32,000 nt of DNA from Gemmata obscuriglobus (lineage in GTDB: Bacteria > Planctomycetota > Planctomycetia > Gemmatales > Gemmataceae): NCBI RefSeq assembly GCF_008065095.1, contig NZ_CP042911.1:4290001-4322000 (forward strand), given 5' to 3'. This document shows positions 1 through 7,118 of the stretch, one piece after another (the stretch's first letter is position 1; each line of letters begins with the position of its first letter). The notes below the pieces were generated by a model. That model saw only the letters and a program-made list of their open reading frames with translations. It ran no database searches and was not told the origin of the DNA. The position numbers and the translations under genes are program-made.

Positions 1-1262
1 TTGGTCGCCTGCCACACACCCCCGGGATACACGACCGGCAAAAACAGGAGCAGCTCCGGCGCGCCGACGGGGGTTGCGCTGAGGGGCGGTCGGTCGGGCC
101 ACGGCCGGGCGCACCGCGCCGCCCGTTCGGCCGGGGGGATCGTGGCGATTGCCGCGGACTCGCGGCACACGTCCAGCACCTCGCGGGCGACGTCCGCCCA
201 GGTACGGTCCCAGAGCGGCGCTGCGGCCGCGCGCTGGCGGGCCAACACCTCGGAGCGGTCGTCCCGCACGCGCAGCACCGCGCGGGCGATCGAATCCGGG
301 TCGGCCGGGTCGAAATACGGGACGGCGTCGCCGAGCGTGCGAGCGTGCTCAGCCAAGCTCGGGACGTTCGAGCACGCGACCGGGCAGCCGCTCGCCAGAC
401 TCTCGTAAAGCGGGAACGGCCCCTGTGCGGGCGCGGACGGGATCACGGTCGCGAACGCGCAGGCGTAGAGCCGCGCCAGTTCGATTCGTGGCACCGGCCC
501 CAGGACGCGGACGCGGTCCCCGAGCCCGTAAGAGTCGACGAGCGCGCGCAGCCCGTCGGGCAGGTGGCCGGGCTCGTCACCGGTGAGCACGAGATCGAAC
601 CCACGTTCGCCGTAGCGCTCGCCAAGCCGGTGGAGGGCGGTGATGAGCGCGGCGTGGTTCTTGGAAGCGCGGAACGCCGCCGGCCAGAACAGGTACGGGC
701 GGTCCGAGGGCCGCGGTGGGGGCGCCGAGGGGGGCGCGAAGTCCGCGGGCAGGGCCGGGCGGACGACCCGCAACTTCGCGGGCGACAGCCCCAGACCGTC
801 GCGCAGGACGCGATTGGCCGTGCCCGCCGACAGGCACACGCACGCGGTGGCCGAGTGGAGGAGGGCGGCCACGGTCGGCTCCTCACCGCCCAGGAACTCG
901 ATCGACGGTCGGGGGGGGCGGGCCGCCTCCTGGGCGGCGCCGTCGGACACCCACACCACCGTGGGGACGTGGTTGTGCGGGCCGGCGACTGTGGCCGGCA
1001 GCAGCCAGGCGTCGCACTCGCGGGCGAGGGCGAACGGCAGGCTCTTCTCGCCGAGAATGTGCGAGCGGACGGTGAGTCGCGGGTGGGGGCCGCCGGCGCT
1101 GGCCGTGACTGCGTCGTGATCGCCCGGCCGGGTCAGGACGGTCAGCTCGACGGGCGGATCGGTACGCAGCAGGGCGCGGATCAGTTCGTAGGTGAACACA
1201 CCCGACCCCGATTCGGGCGTCAGTCGGGTGCCGTAGGCGAGCCACACACCGAGGCGGAACAT
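1..1262 (-). CDS. Glycosyltransferase, GT-B fold (family 1/4 type); 3' end runs off the left window edge
   Basis: Missing from the ORF track because it has no in-window stop. My reverse-strand translation from the ATG (complement of 1260-1262) reads MFRLGVWLAYGTRLTPESGSGVFTYELIRALL... and further on ...PFPLYESLASGCPVACSNVPSLAEHA. These are the N-terminal Gly-rich loop and the C-terminal E-x-x-A-x-G-x-P-V motif of retaining GT-B transferases. The frame stays open to position 1. The overlapping + ORF 345..1484 is R/G/E-rich antisense noise. Confidence 0.8.
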   Translation of the reverse strand, partial: MFRLGVWLAYGTRLTPESGSGVFTYELIRALLRTDPPVELTVLTRPGDHDAVTASAGGPHPRLTVRSHILGEKSLPFALARECDAWLLPATVAGPHNHVPTVVWVSDGAAQEAARPPRPSIEFLGGEEPTVAALLHSATACVCLSAGTANRVLRDGLGLSPAKLRVVRPALPADFAPPSAPPPRPSDRPYLFWPAAFRASKNHAALITALHRLGERYGERGFDLVLTGDEPGHLPDGLRALVDSYGLGDRVRVLGPVPRIELARLYACAFATVIPSAPAQGPFPLYESLASGCPVACSNVPSLAEHARTLGDAVPYFDPADPDSIARAVLRVRDDRSEVLARQRAAAAPLWDRTWADVAREVLDVCRESAAIATIPPAERAARCARPWPDRPPLSATPVGAPELLLFLPVVYPGGVWQAT

Positions 1263-1285
1263 GGGCGAACTCCGTCCGGACCGGT

Positions 1286-1843
1286 TCACTGTTTGATGGC
1301 GGTCGTATTTTCGGGCCACTGGCCGCACGCCTGGGCACGGTCGAAGCACGCCCAGGCTTCGCGCGCCCGGCCCAGATCCTGGAGCGCCCGGCCCAGATTG
1401 CGGTGGGCCTTTGCGTACTCCGGCTGCACGCGGACGGCTTCCGAAAAATGGACCGCGGCCTCGGCCACCCGACCCAAGGCGTGACACGCGAGGCCGCAGT
1501 TGTTGTGCAGTTGGGCCATGCCCGGTGCGAGCCGGATGCCCTCCTGAAAGCAGCGTAGCGCTTCCGCCAGTCGGCCTTGTGCCCGGTACGCCTCGCCCAG
1601 GTTGTTAAGAATCGCGGGGTTCGCGCCCCCAACAGCGACGGACAGCCGCAGCCAGCGCGCCGCGTCCGCATAATTGCCCGATTTGTGCGCGATCAGGCCG
1701 AGCAGGTACGCGGCATGGGGGTTCACCGGCTCGGCTCGCAGCACCTGCTCGCACGCGTCCCGGGCCTCACGCAGGCGGTTCGCCTGGAAGTGGTCCGCGC
1801 CGCGCTGAAGTAGGTCGGGAATGGTGAGTCGCTCGGGCGGCAT
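1286..1843 (-). CDS. TPR-repeat protein
   Basis: ORF 1286..1987 carries about 4-5 tandem TPR units (AAYLLGLIAHKSGNYADAARWL, ILNNLGEAYRAQGRLAEALRCFQEGI, LHNNCGLACHALGRVAEAAVHFSEAV, AHRNLGRALQDLGRAREAWACFDRA). I prefer the internal ATG (complement of 1841-1843, MPPERLTIPDLLQRG...) because the 48 upstream residues look non-coding. The stop lies 23 nt before the glycosyltransferase start on the same strand. Confidence 0.75.
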   Translation of the reverse strand: MPPERLTIPDLLQRGADHFQANRLREARDACEQVLRAEPVNPHAAYLLGLIAHKSGNYADAARWLRLSVAVGGANPAILNNLGEAYRAQGRLAEALRCFQEGIRLAPGMAQLHNNCGLACHALGRVAEAAVHFSEAVRVQPEYAKAHRNLGRALQDLGRAREAWACFDRAQACGQWPENTTAIKQ

Positions 1844-2288
1844 AATTGGGCGAAGCCGGGAGTGAGGACCGCAGACGAACGGCAGGCCGCGAATCCGTGT
1901 CGGAACCGTCCGGTGGTCGTATGTCTGATATTTTAGCCAACGTGCCAGGGGCCTACAAGTGCGGCTCATCAACACCGTTAATCCCACATCAGCCGTTTCT
2001 GGCTCCCCGGCAAAACTCAGTCACTCCTAAGGCAAGTCGGTGCCGCGGGGGGGCTCCAGACTGGGAGCCCCGAGCGTAGCGCTAAAAACGACTCCACGTG
2101 ATACGCATAAGTCATTTAGAAGCCTGATTTTGTTGCCACTTGAACGGGTGCCATCGGGGGCTGGATTGGCCGACCACACGGACCTTATCTGCGGGTTGTG
2201 CAGATGATTCGTGGGTAGCAAACGGGTAGCAACGCGCCAGTTCCCCGCCAGCAGTTGTCCAGTCGACGCCCTCGTCGGCGTCCATCAG

Positions 2289-2312
2289 CGGCGCTGTAAC
2301 CCCCCGTTACAC
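2289..2312. repeat. 24-nt direct repeat, copy 1 (CGGCGCTGTAACCCCCCGTTACAC) with an internal 6-bp-stem hairpin
   Basis: Read directly. Identical to 2430-2453. TGTAAC/GTTACA arms flank a C5 loop. Confidence 0.85.
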
Positions 2313-2429
2313 CTCGCAGCGGATGCCACTGGGATCGTTCTCGACGGCCACAGCCGGGGATTCTGGGAGAGATCGCTCCGCGCGGCTCCTGGACGCAACC
2401 GGCTCGCGAGTGTCCGCTTGCCGTCTCGT

Positions 2430-2453
2430 CGGCGCTGTAACCCCCCGTTACAC
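2430..2453. repeat. 24-nt direct repeat, copy 2 (CGGCGCTGTAACCCCCCGTTACAC)
   Basis: Read directly. Identical to 2289-2312 and 141 bp downstream of it. The flanking sequences are unrelated. Confidence 0.85.
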
Positions 2454-2934
2454 TTTGCATCCCAAGTTCACAGTGCGGTTGCGTGGTCCGTTGCGAATAC
2501 GGGTCTTTGTGGTCCAGGCCGGACTGCCTGTGCGGCGGTCAAAGGGGGCACAACCAGGACTGTCAGTGCAACAAGAAGTAGACGCCGCCAACTGGACCCG
2601 CCCCCTAAGGTACAGATGGCACGTCGGGATGATCCCGAGTGTCTATTTGCGCCGCAGAGCGAGCTTGCACCCCGCTCGATCAAGTACACGCGGCCAGAGA
2701 TCGTCAAAGCGGTCCTGTACTTATCCCGAGGCGGGTGCCCGTGCCGCAAGTTCCCGCACGACTTGCAGCCGTGGAAGACGGTTTCGCACTACCTTTATAC
2801 GTGTCGCGCGGCCGGGGTCTGGGAGCAGGTGCACAATGCGCTGCGGTCCGAGATCCGGGCGTCCGCCGGGTGGGAACCAATCCCGAGTGCCGGCATCATA
2901 GACTCCCAGTCGGTGAAGGCCACTGATACATGAA

Positions 2935-3036
2935 CCGGTCGTGGGTGTCGCTTTCTGACGAGCCGGATCGTCCAGGAGCGGTCGCGCCTGTGCCGCTCCA
3001 GGCGGTCTCGTGAAGGACAGCGACACCCACGACCGG
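2935..3036. repeat. Perfect 18-bp inverted repeat (CCGGTCGTGGGTGTCGCT ... AGCGACACCCACGACCGG) with a 66-nt spacer
   Basis: Arms at 2935-2952 and 3019-3036 were read directly. A shortened third copy (GCGACACGACCAC) sits at 3235-3247. Confidence 0.85.
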
Positions 3037-3085
3037 GCACAAGGACGAGAACGGGCGGCTTTTTGCGGCCCGTGCTTCTGGAGCG

Positions 3086-3170
3086 CCGTTTTGACAGGAT
3101 CGACAGGATGAACAGGATAAAGACCGATCGGTTTTAAATCCTGTTCATCCTGTCGATCCTGTCAAAACGG
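3086..3170. repeat. REP-like 85-bp near-perfect palindrome (copy 1 of a 79-bp repeat family)
   Basis: The 33-bp arms at 3086-3118 (CCGTTTTGACAGGATCGACAGGATGAACAGGAT) and 3138-3170 are perfectly complementary. The 19-nt centre is itself nearly palindromic (ACCGATCGGT). Each arm is three tandem 9-mers (GACAGGATC GACAGGATG AACAGGATA). A second copy lies at 31342-31420. Confidence 0.9.
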
Positions 3171-3746
3171 CCTTCGCATCCGTATCGCGCGTTCGTGCCC
3201 CACTCTCGGCGGTCGCCGCCCTTCGAGAAATACTGCGACACGACCACTGGGAACGTGTATGAGGCCGGCAGCCCGAAGGGTCTGACGGGGGCAAGACGGT
3301 GCCGGGTGGTAAGCGGCACGTGCTTGTGGACACGCTCGGGCGGATCTGGGGCGTGGCCACGTGGCTACTGGAGATCGTTACCGGGCGTCCATGGCAGAAG
3401 ACGTTCGAGGTGCAACCGCGGCGGTATGTGGTGGCACGCACGTTCGGCCAGTTCTGCCGGTATCGGCGACTGTCCGAGGACTACAAGCACAACACCGCGA
3501 GAAGCGAGGCCGGGATCGACTTACATCGCTCCGATCCATCGCATGTCCCGCGATAGCCTGCCCGAGAATAACAAGGATCAAGACCTCATGCGGAAGCCGC
3601 CCAAGGCCCCAGAAAACTAGCTTCGAGACTGCCTCTAAAATAGCGTTCCGACTGTCACGGTGGCACGAGGGTTCGCGTCGGCCATCGCCCTGGGAGAGGG
3701 CCGCTCAAGGCACCTCTGCTAAACCAAACGAAACAGTGGGTGCGGA

Positions 3747-4555
3747 ATGCGACACTATCGGCTTAACTCGCTTCACGAGCGAAACGGGCGTCTGTACCTC
3801 CGAGAGGAGCCGTTCTCGGGCGTCGCTTACGAGGTGATTGGTGACCAAGTGGTCGCGAACTACCTCGTAAGCGACGGTGTGCGCGGCGGACCAGCGGCCG
3901 ACTGGACGTCCGACCGACCGCGTGTCCTGTACCAAGCGATCGTCCCCGTTACGCCGGATGAGATCGACGATCAGCACCCCGAAGTGGGCGAATATTTCGG
4001 AGGCGCCCTCTTCGACGGAGTTTCCTACTTGTTTGATGAAGATACGGGCATGCTCTTGGAGGAGACCGACTTCGATCCGGACAAGGGGCCGAGCCGGGCC
4101 TAGTACTCGTCCGGCGCACTACGCGAGGAATTCGATCGTATGCGGCAGGACGGGCTCCGAGAGTCGGTGACCCACGACGAGAGAGGGAACGTTCTCTCGG
4201 TCAAGATGTGGCGAATGGCGTGGAACCTGACGCCCGAGTTTCGGCTCCGGACGCTCCGCCTCGTGCCGGAGTATCCGAAAGGCGATCTTCAGCGAGTGCC
4301 CTTTCAGGTTGATTCGAGGCTTCGCCTCTCTTCCGAAGGGGTTACCGACCAGATCGTCGAGTGGCTGGACGGGCTGCAACGGTTGGAATACCTCAGTCTC
4401 GACGACACAGAATTACGGCGGCGGGCTTGATGCGGTTCGCAGCTTGCTCGGGTTTGCGTGAACTGGTCACGCGCGGCAATAAGGGATTTGGAGACGAAAA
4501 CGTTCGGGGCTTGCTCGCCCATCATCCTCATTGCAAGTGGGACCGCCGCTCTTGA
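3747..4555 (+). pseudogene. Disrupted gene for a MORN/YwqK-like repeat plus leucine-rich-repeat protein
   Basis: ORFs 3747..4103 and 4140..4430 share one frame and are separated by an in-frame TAG (4101-4103). ORF 4361..4555 continues the LRR pattern in another frame (LEYLSLDDTE | ITAAGLMRFAACSGLRELV...). The N-terminus has YwqK/MORN-like units (EEPFSGVAYEVIGDQVVANYLVSDGVRGGPAADW). Confidence 0.4.
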
Positions 4556-4611
4556 CATCTCAGATGTCCGAGATGCAGTGATGTCGTCAGGTTGGGTCCA
4601 AGCGCCGTAGC

Positions 4612-5046
4612 TTACTCGATTCCACTGACGTCGATCTTGATGCCCTCGTTCCCCTTGGCCTTGTCTTCGCCCATTTTCTTCAGTGGGATGTGGTCGTGTC
4701 CCGACGCGCCACTATCGGGGAGAAACTTCAGACCGCCGGCATCCGGCGCGGCGCCGCGACCGGCGTTCGGCCCAGATTGTACGCCGGACGCAAGGAACCA
4801 ACCGGTGCCCATCAGGAGCGCCACGGAAGCCGCAAGCGTGAACCGCGCGCGGGCCGCGTTGTCGCGCGCACGCGCCGGTACACTCGGCGCCTTCACGGGC
4901 GCCGCGGCGGCACGGGCCACCTCAGACGGAACGACCGGAACCGGAGCTACCGGCGCCTTCGGCCACGGGGTCCGGAGTTGAGCCTTGAAGAAATCGGACA
5001 GTAGCGCGTCGAGTGCGTCTACCGACTCGGGAGAGTTCGTGTTCAT
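4612..5046 (-). CDS. Putative anti-sigma factor or membrane protein co-translated with the ECF sigma factor
   Basis: 144 aa. Its ATG overlaps the sigma-factor stop (ATGA at 5046-5043). It has a short cytoplasmic N-terminus, one hydrophobic helix (FTLAASVALLMGTGWFLASGV) and a small C-terminal exposed region. No recognisable family motif. Confidence 0.5.
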   Translation of the reverse strand: MNTNSPESVDALDALLSDFFKAQLRTPWPKAPVAPVPVVPSEVARAAAAPVKAPSVPARARDNAARARFTLAASVALLMGTGWFLASGVQSGPNAGRGAAPDAGGLKFLPDSGASGHDHIPLKKMGEDKAKGNEGIKIDVSGIE

Positions 5047-5645
5047 GCTTGGGTTTCGCCCGTGGGTTCACCTGGGGCGAAGTCTCCGTGGGTCGTGAGT
5101 CGTTCCGCGAGCCGCTGTCGCGCACGGCTCAGGCGCATGTGAACCGCCGTCACAGCGATGTTGAGCCGCTCGGCGATCGTGTTCGCGTCGTAATCGAGGG
5201 CGTAGCGCAGGGTGAGAATCTCACGGTCCGCGGGGGCCAGTTCGTCTAGCACGGCCCGCAGTTGGGCGAACTGCTCCTGGCGTTCCATCTCGTCGGCCGG
5301 CAGCGGTTGCGAGGACCGCACGCCATTCAATAGCTCGGGCGGCTGCGTCCCGTTCCGCCGGAACGCACTTTTTGCGTAATCTTCCGCGAGGTTTCTCGCG
5401 ACACGCAGCAGCCACGCCCGGGGGTTCTGGATGTCTTCGGCCCCGGCCTCCCAGTGCTTCCACAACCGCAAGAATGCCTCTTGCGTGATGTCCAGGGCGA
5501 GGTCCGAGTCCATCCACCGCGCGTACGCCAGCGCCCACACTTCCCGGCTGTGCTGCTGGTGAAGCGCCTCAAACTCCGCCCGCCGGCCGGAGCCGCGCGG
5601 GTCCGGGGGATTCGCTTCGCCTTGCGGCATCATCAGGTTCGGCAC
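5043..5645 (-). CDS. RNA polymerase sigma-70 factor, ECF subfamily
   Basis: Region 2 (EALHQQHSREVWALAYARWMDSDLALDITQEAFLRLW) and region 4 (LAPADREILTLRYALDYDANTIAERLNIAVTAVHMRLSRARQRL) are clearly recognisable. Confidence 0.9.
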   Translation of the reverse strand: MPNLMMPQGEANPPDPRGSGRRAEFEALHQQHSREVWALAYARWMDSDLALDITQEAFLRLWKHWEAGAEDIQNPRAWLLRVARNLAEDYAKSAFRRNGTQPPELLNGVRSSQPLPADEMERQEQFAQLRAVLDELAPADREILTLRYALDYDANTIAERLNIAVTAVHMRLSRARQRLAERLTTHGDFAPGEPTGETQA

Positions 5646-5725
5646 CAGGAAGCACCGTCGCCTCCGACAGAGAGACGACCCGGCGCGGGCATTCTAACTT
5701 CCTATCTCCCAAGTTCCAGGCGACC

Positions 5726-6862
5726 TCACTGCGCCGTCAGAACCAGGTTGTCGCGGTGAACGAGTTCTGGATACGGGACCGTGCCGAGTACCGCCGCGAT
5801 TCGCTCGGTCTGGAGCCCGCGGATACGTTCCACCGCGACCGACGGGTAGTTGGTCAGGCCGCGCGCCATTTCGGCGCCGGCCGCGTCGCAAATTGATACC
5901 ACGTCGCCTTTTCGGAACTCCCCCTCTACCGCGATTACGCCGACCGGCAGCAAGCTCCGCCCTTCCAGAACGGCCTGCCGGGCTCCGGCGTCGAGGTGAA
6001 ACACCCCTTTCGGCCGCACCGTCAGCCCGAACCACCGCTTCCGCGACGAAACCCCTTCCCCGTGGGGGAGGAACAGTGTCCCGACCGGTTCGCCCCCGAA
6101 CACGCGGTCCAGAATGCCGTCGAGCGACCCGTTCGCCATGATGACCGCTTCCCCGGCAACGGTAACGAGCCGAGCCGCCTTGAGCTTGCTCGTCATTCCC
6201 CCGGTCCCCAGCGCGCTTTTCGTCGCGGCGGCGAGGCCGGTCACCGACGCGTCAATGTTCGGAACGGTTGCCAGTAGTTTCGCATCCGGGTTGCCGCGCG
6301 GGTCGTCGGAGTAGAGGCCGTCCACGTTCGTGAGCAGGACCAGCAGCGGCGCGAGCAGCAGGTTCGTGACCATCGCGGCGAGGTGGTCGTTGTCGCCGAA
6401 CTTGATTTCGGCCACCGACACGGTGTCGTTTTCGTTGATGATCGGCAGCGCGCCGTACTCGAACAGTGTTGCAATTGTGTTGCGGGCGTTCAGGTAACGG
6501 GCGCGGTTCTCGAAGTCGCTGGCGGTCAGGAGAATTTGGGCGGTGTGGACCCCGTACCGCGACAGGCTCTCCTGGTAGAGTTGCATCAGCGCGGACTGCC
6601 CCACCGCGGCACACGCCTGAAGGTGGGCCAGGTCGGCCGGGCGCTTCCCGAGGCCGAGCTTCCCGACCCCGGCGCCGATCGCCCCGGACGTCACCAGAAC
6701 AACCTTTCGGCCGCCCGCGCGGATCCGGTGGAGTTGGTCCGCGAGAGAATCGATGCGGTGCCGGTCCAGACGCCCGGTCGGATCGGCGAGAACGTTTGTG
6801 CCGACCTTGATGACGACCGTTCCGGCCCCCGCAACGACATCCTGGCGCACCGGATCGATCAT
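5726..6862 (-). CDS. proB: Glutamate 5-kinase with a C-terminal PUA domain
   Basis: VVIKVGTNVLADPTGRLD..., VVLVTSGAIGAG, GQSALMQLY, PIINENDTVSVAEIKFGDNDHLAAMV and VLLTNVDGLYSDDPR are classic ProB motifs. I chose the internal ATG (complement of 6860-6862, MIDPVRQD...) over the track start at 7015. Confidence 0.93.
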   Translation of the reverse strand: MIDPVRQDVVAGAGTVVIKVGTNVLADPTGRLDRHRIDSLADQLHRIRAGGRKVVLVTSGAIGAGVGKLGLGKRPADLAHLQACAAVGQSALMQLYQESLSRYGVHTAQILLTASDFENRARYLNARNTIATLFEYGALPIINENDTVSVAEIKFGDNDHLAAMVTNLLLAPLLVLLTNVDGLYSDDPRGNPDAKLLATVPNIDASVTGLAAATKSALGTGGMTSKLKAARLVTVAGEAVIMANGSLDGILDRVFGGEPVGTLFLPHGEGVSSRKRWFGLTVRPKGVFHLDAGARQAVLEGRSLLPVGVIAVEGEFRKGDVVSICDAAGAEMARGLTNYPSVAVERIRGLQTERIAAVLGTVPYPELVHRDNLVLTAQ

Positions 6863-7005
6863 GGCTCTTCCCCGCGTACCGAAAAGGACTGCGGTTGTGG
6901 TAACTCCGATCGCGGTCCCGGACAAGTGACGCTCATGGCCGGTTTTCTGCGTCTTGACGGGGGCCGGGAAATGGTTTCGAGGCTGTAACAGAGCGGAACT
7001 TTTCT

Positions 7006-7035
7006 TTGACTCCACCCGGCAGGGGTGGCTAAGAT
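7006..7035 (+). promoter_or_regulatory. Candidate sigma70-like promoter for the peptidase-nadC-birA unit
   Basis: TTGACT (7006-7011), an 18-nt spacer, then TAAGAT (7030-7035). It sits in an AT-enriched patch about 85 nt upstream of ATG 7119. The spacer contains the dyad CCACCC/GGGTGG. Planctomycete promoters are poorly defined, so this is only a pattern match. Confidence 0.25.
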
Positions 7036-7118
7036 CTTTTCACGGGTGGCCATTCGCTTCTCTCCTCGAATGTCGACCGTGACGGTTCCGCCGAATGCGT
7101 GACAAGGGAGATTACGCA

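Larger units (their letters stand above)
2926..3249. mobile_element. Candidate non-autonomous (MITE-like) insertion inside the transposase relic, flanked by CCACTG direct repeats
   Basis: Transposase coding stops at ...SVKAT(D) (CCACTG at 2920-2925) and resumes at (T)TTGNV (CCACTG at 3244-3249). The intervening roughly 318 bp contains an 18-bp perfect inverted repeat, a third partial copy of that arm at 3235-3247, and the 85-bp palindrome. Clean terminal inverted repeats are not evident. Confidence 0.3.
2616..3620 (+). pseudogene. IS5-family transposase relic (DUF4096-type N-terminus plus DDE C-terminus), multiply disrupted
   Basis: The N-terminal piece (2616-2933) reads MARRDDPE...RPEIVKAVLYLSRGGCPCRKFPHDLQPWKTVSHYLYTCRAAGVWEQVHNAL...SAGIIDSQSVKATDT*. 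This matches the IS5/IS427-like pattern (AIxYxLRTGCxWRxLP..PWxTVYxxFxRWxxxGVWE...IDSQSVKTT). The C-terminal pieces (about 3244-3620) are split over two frames: ...SDGGKTVPGGKRHVLVDTLG..., ...FEVQPRRYVVARTFGQFCRYRRLSEDY...SEAG, then a shift to TYIAPIHRMSRDSL. The relic has a premature stop at 2931, an insert of about 0.3 kb, loss of most of the central DDE region (GVATW|LLEIV) and a frameshift near 3520. Confidence 0.65.

Noticed and set aside
345-1484. 379-aa + strand ORF (and 883..1671 on the - strand) overlapping the glycosyltransferase and TPR genes
   Set aside because: The products are R/G/E/P-rich and low-complexity with no motifs. They are antisense or off-frame to clearly motif-bearing genes, which is typical shadow-ORF behaviour in high-GC DNA.
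2050-2071. GC hairpin GGGGCTCC-AGACTG-GGAGCCCC as a terminator
   Set aside because: It lies upstream (5') of the only nearby intact gene (the TPR gene, - strand), and no + strand gene ends before it. It is probably incidental or a relic within the decayed patch.
2289-2453. Possible mini-CRISPR (two identical hairpin-containing repeats)
   Set aside because: There are only two copies. The 117-nt interval is far longer than a spacer, the 24-nt repeat is shorter than most CRISPR repeats, and there are no cas genes or leader in the window.
2211-2615. N-terminal 135 codons of track ORF 2211..2933 as part of the transposase
   Set aside because: Homology-like sequence begins only at the ATG at 2616 (MARRDD...). 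The upstream part is R/C/P-rich and includes the two 24-nt repeats, so it is probably non-coding.
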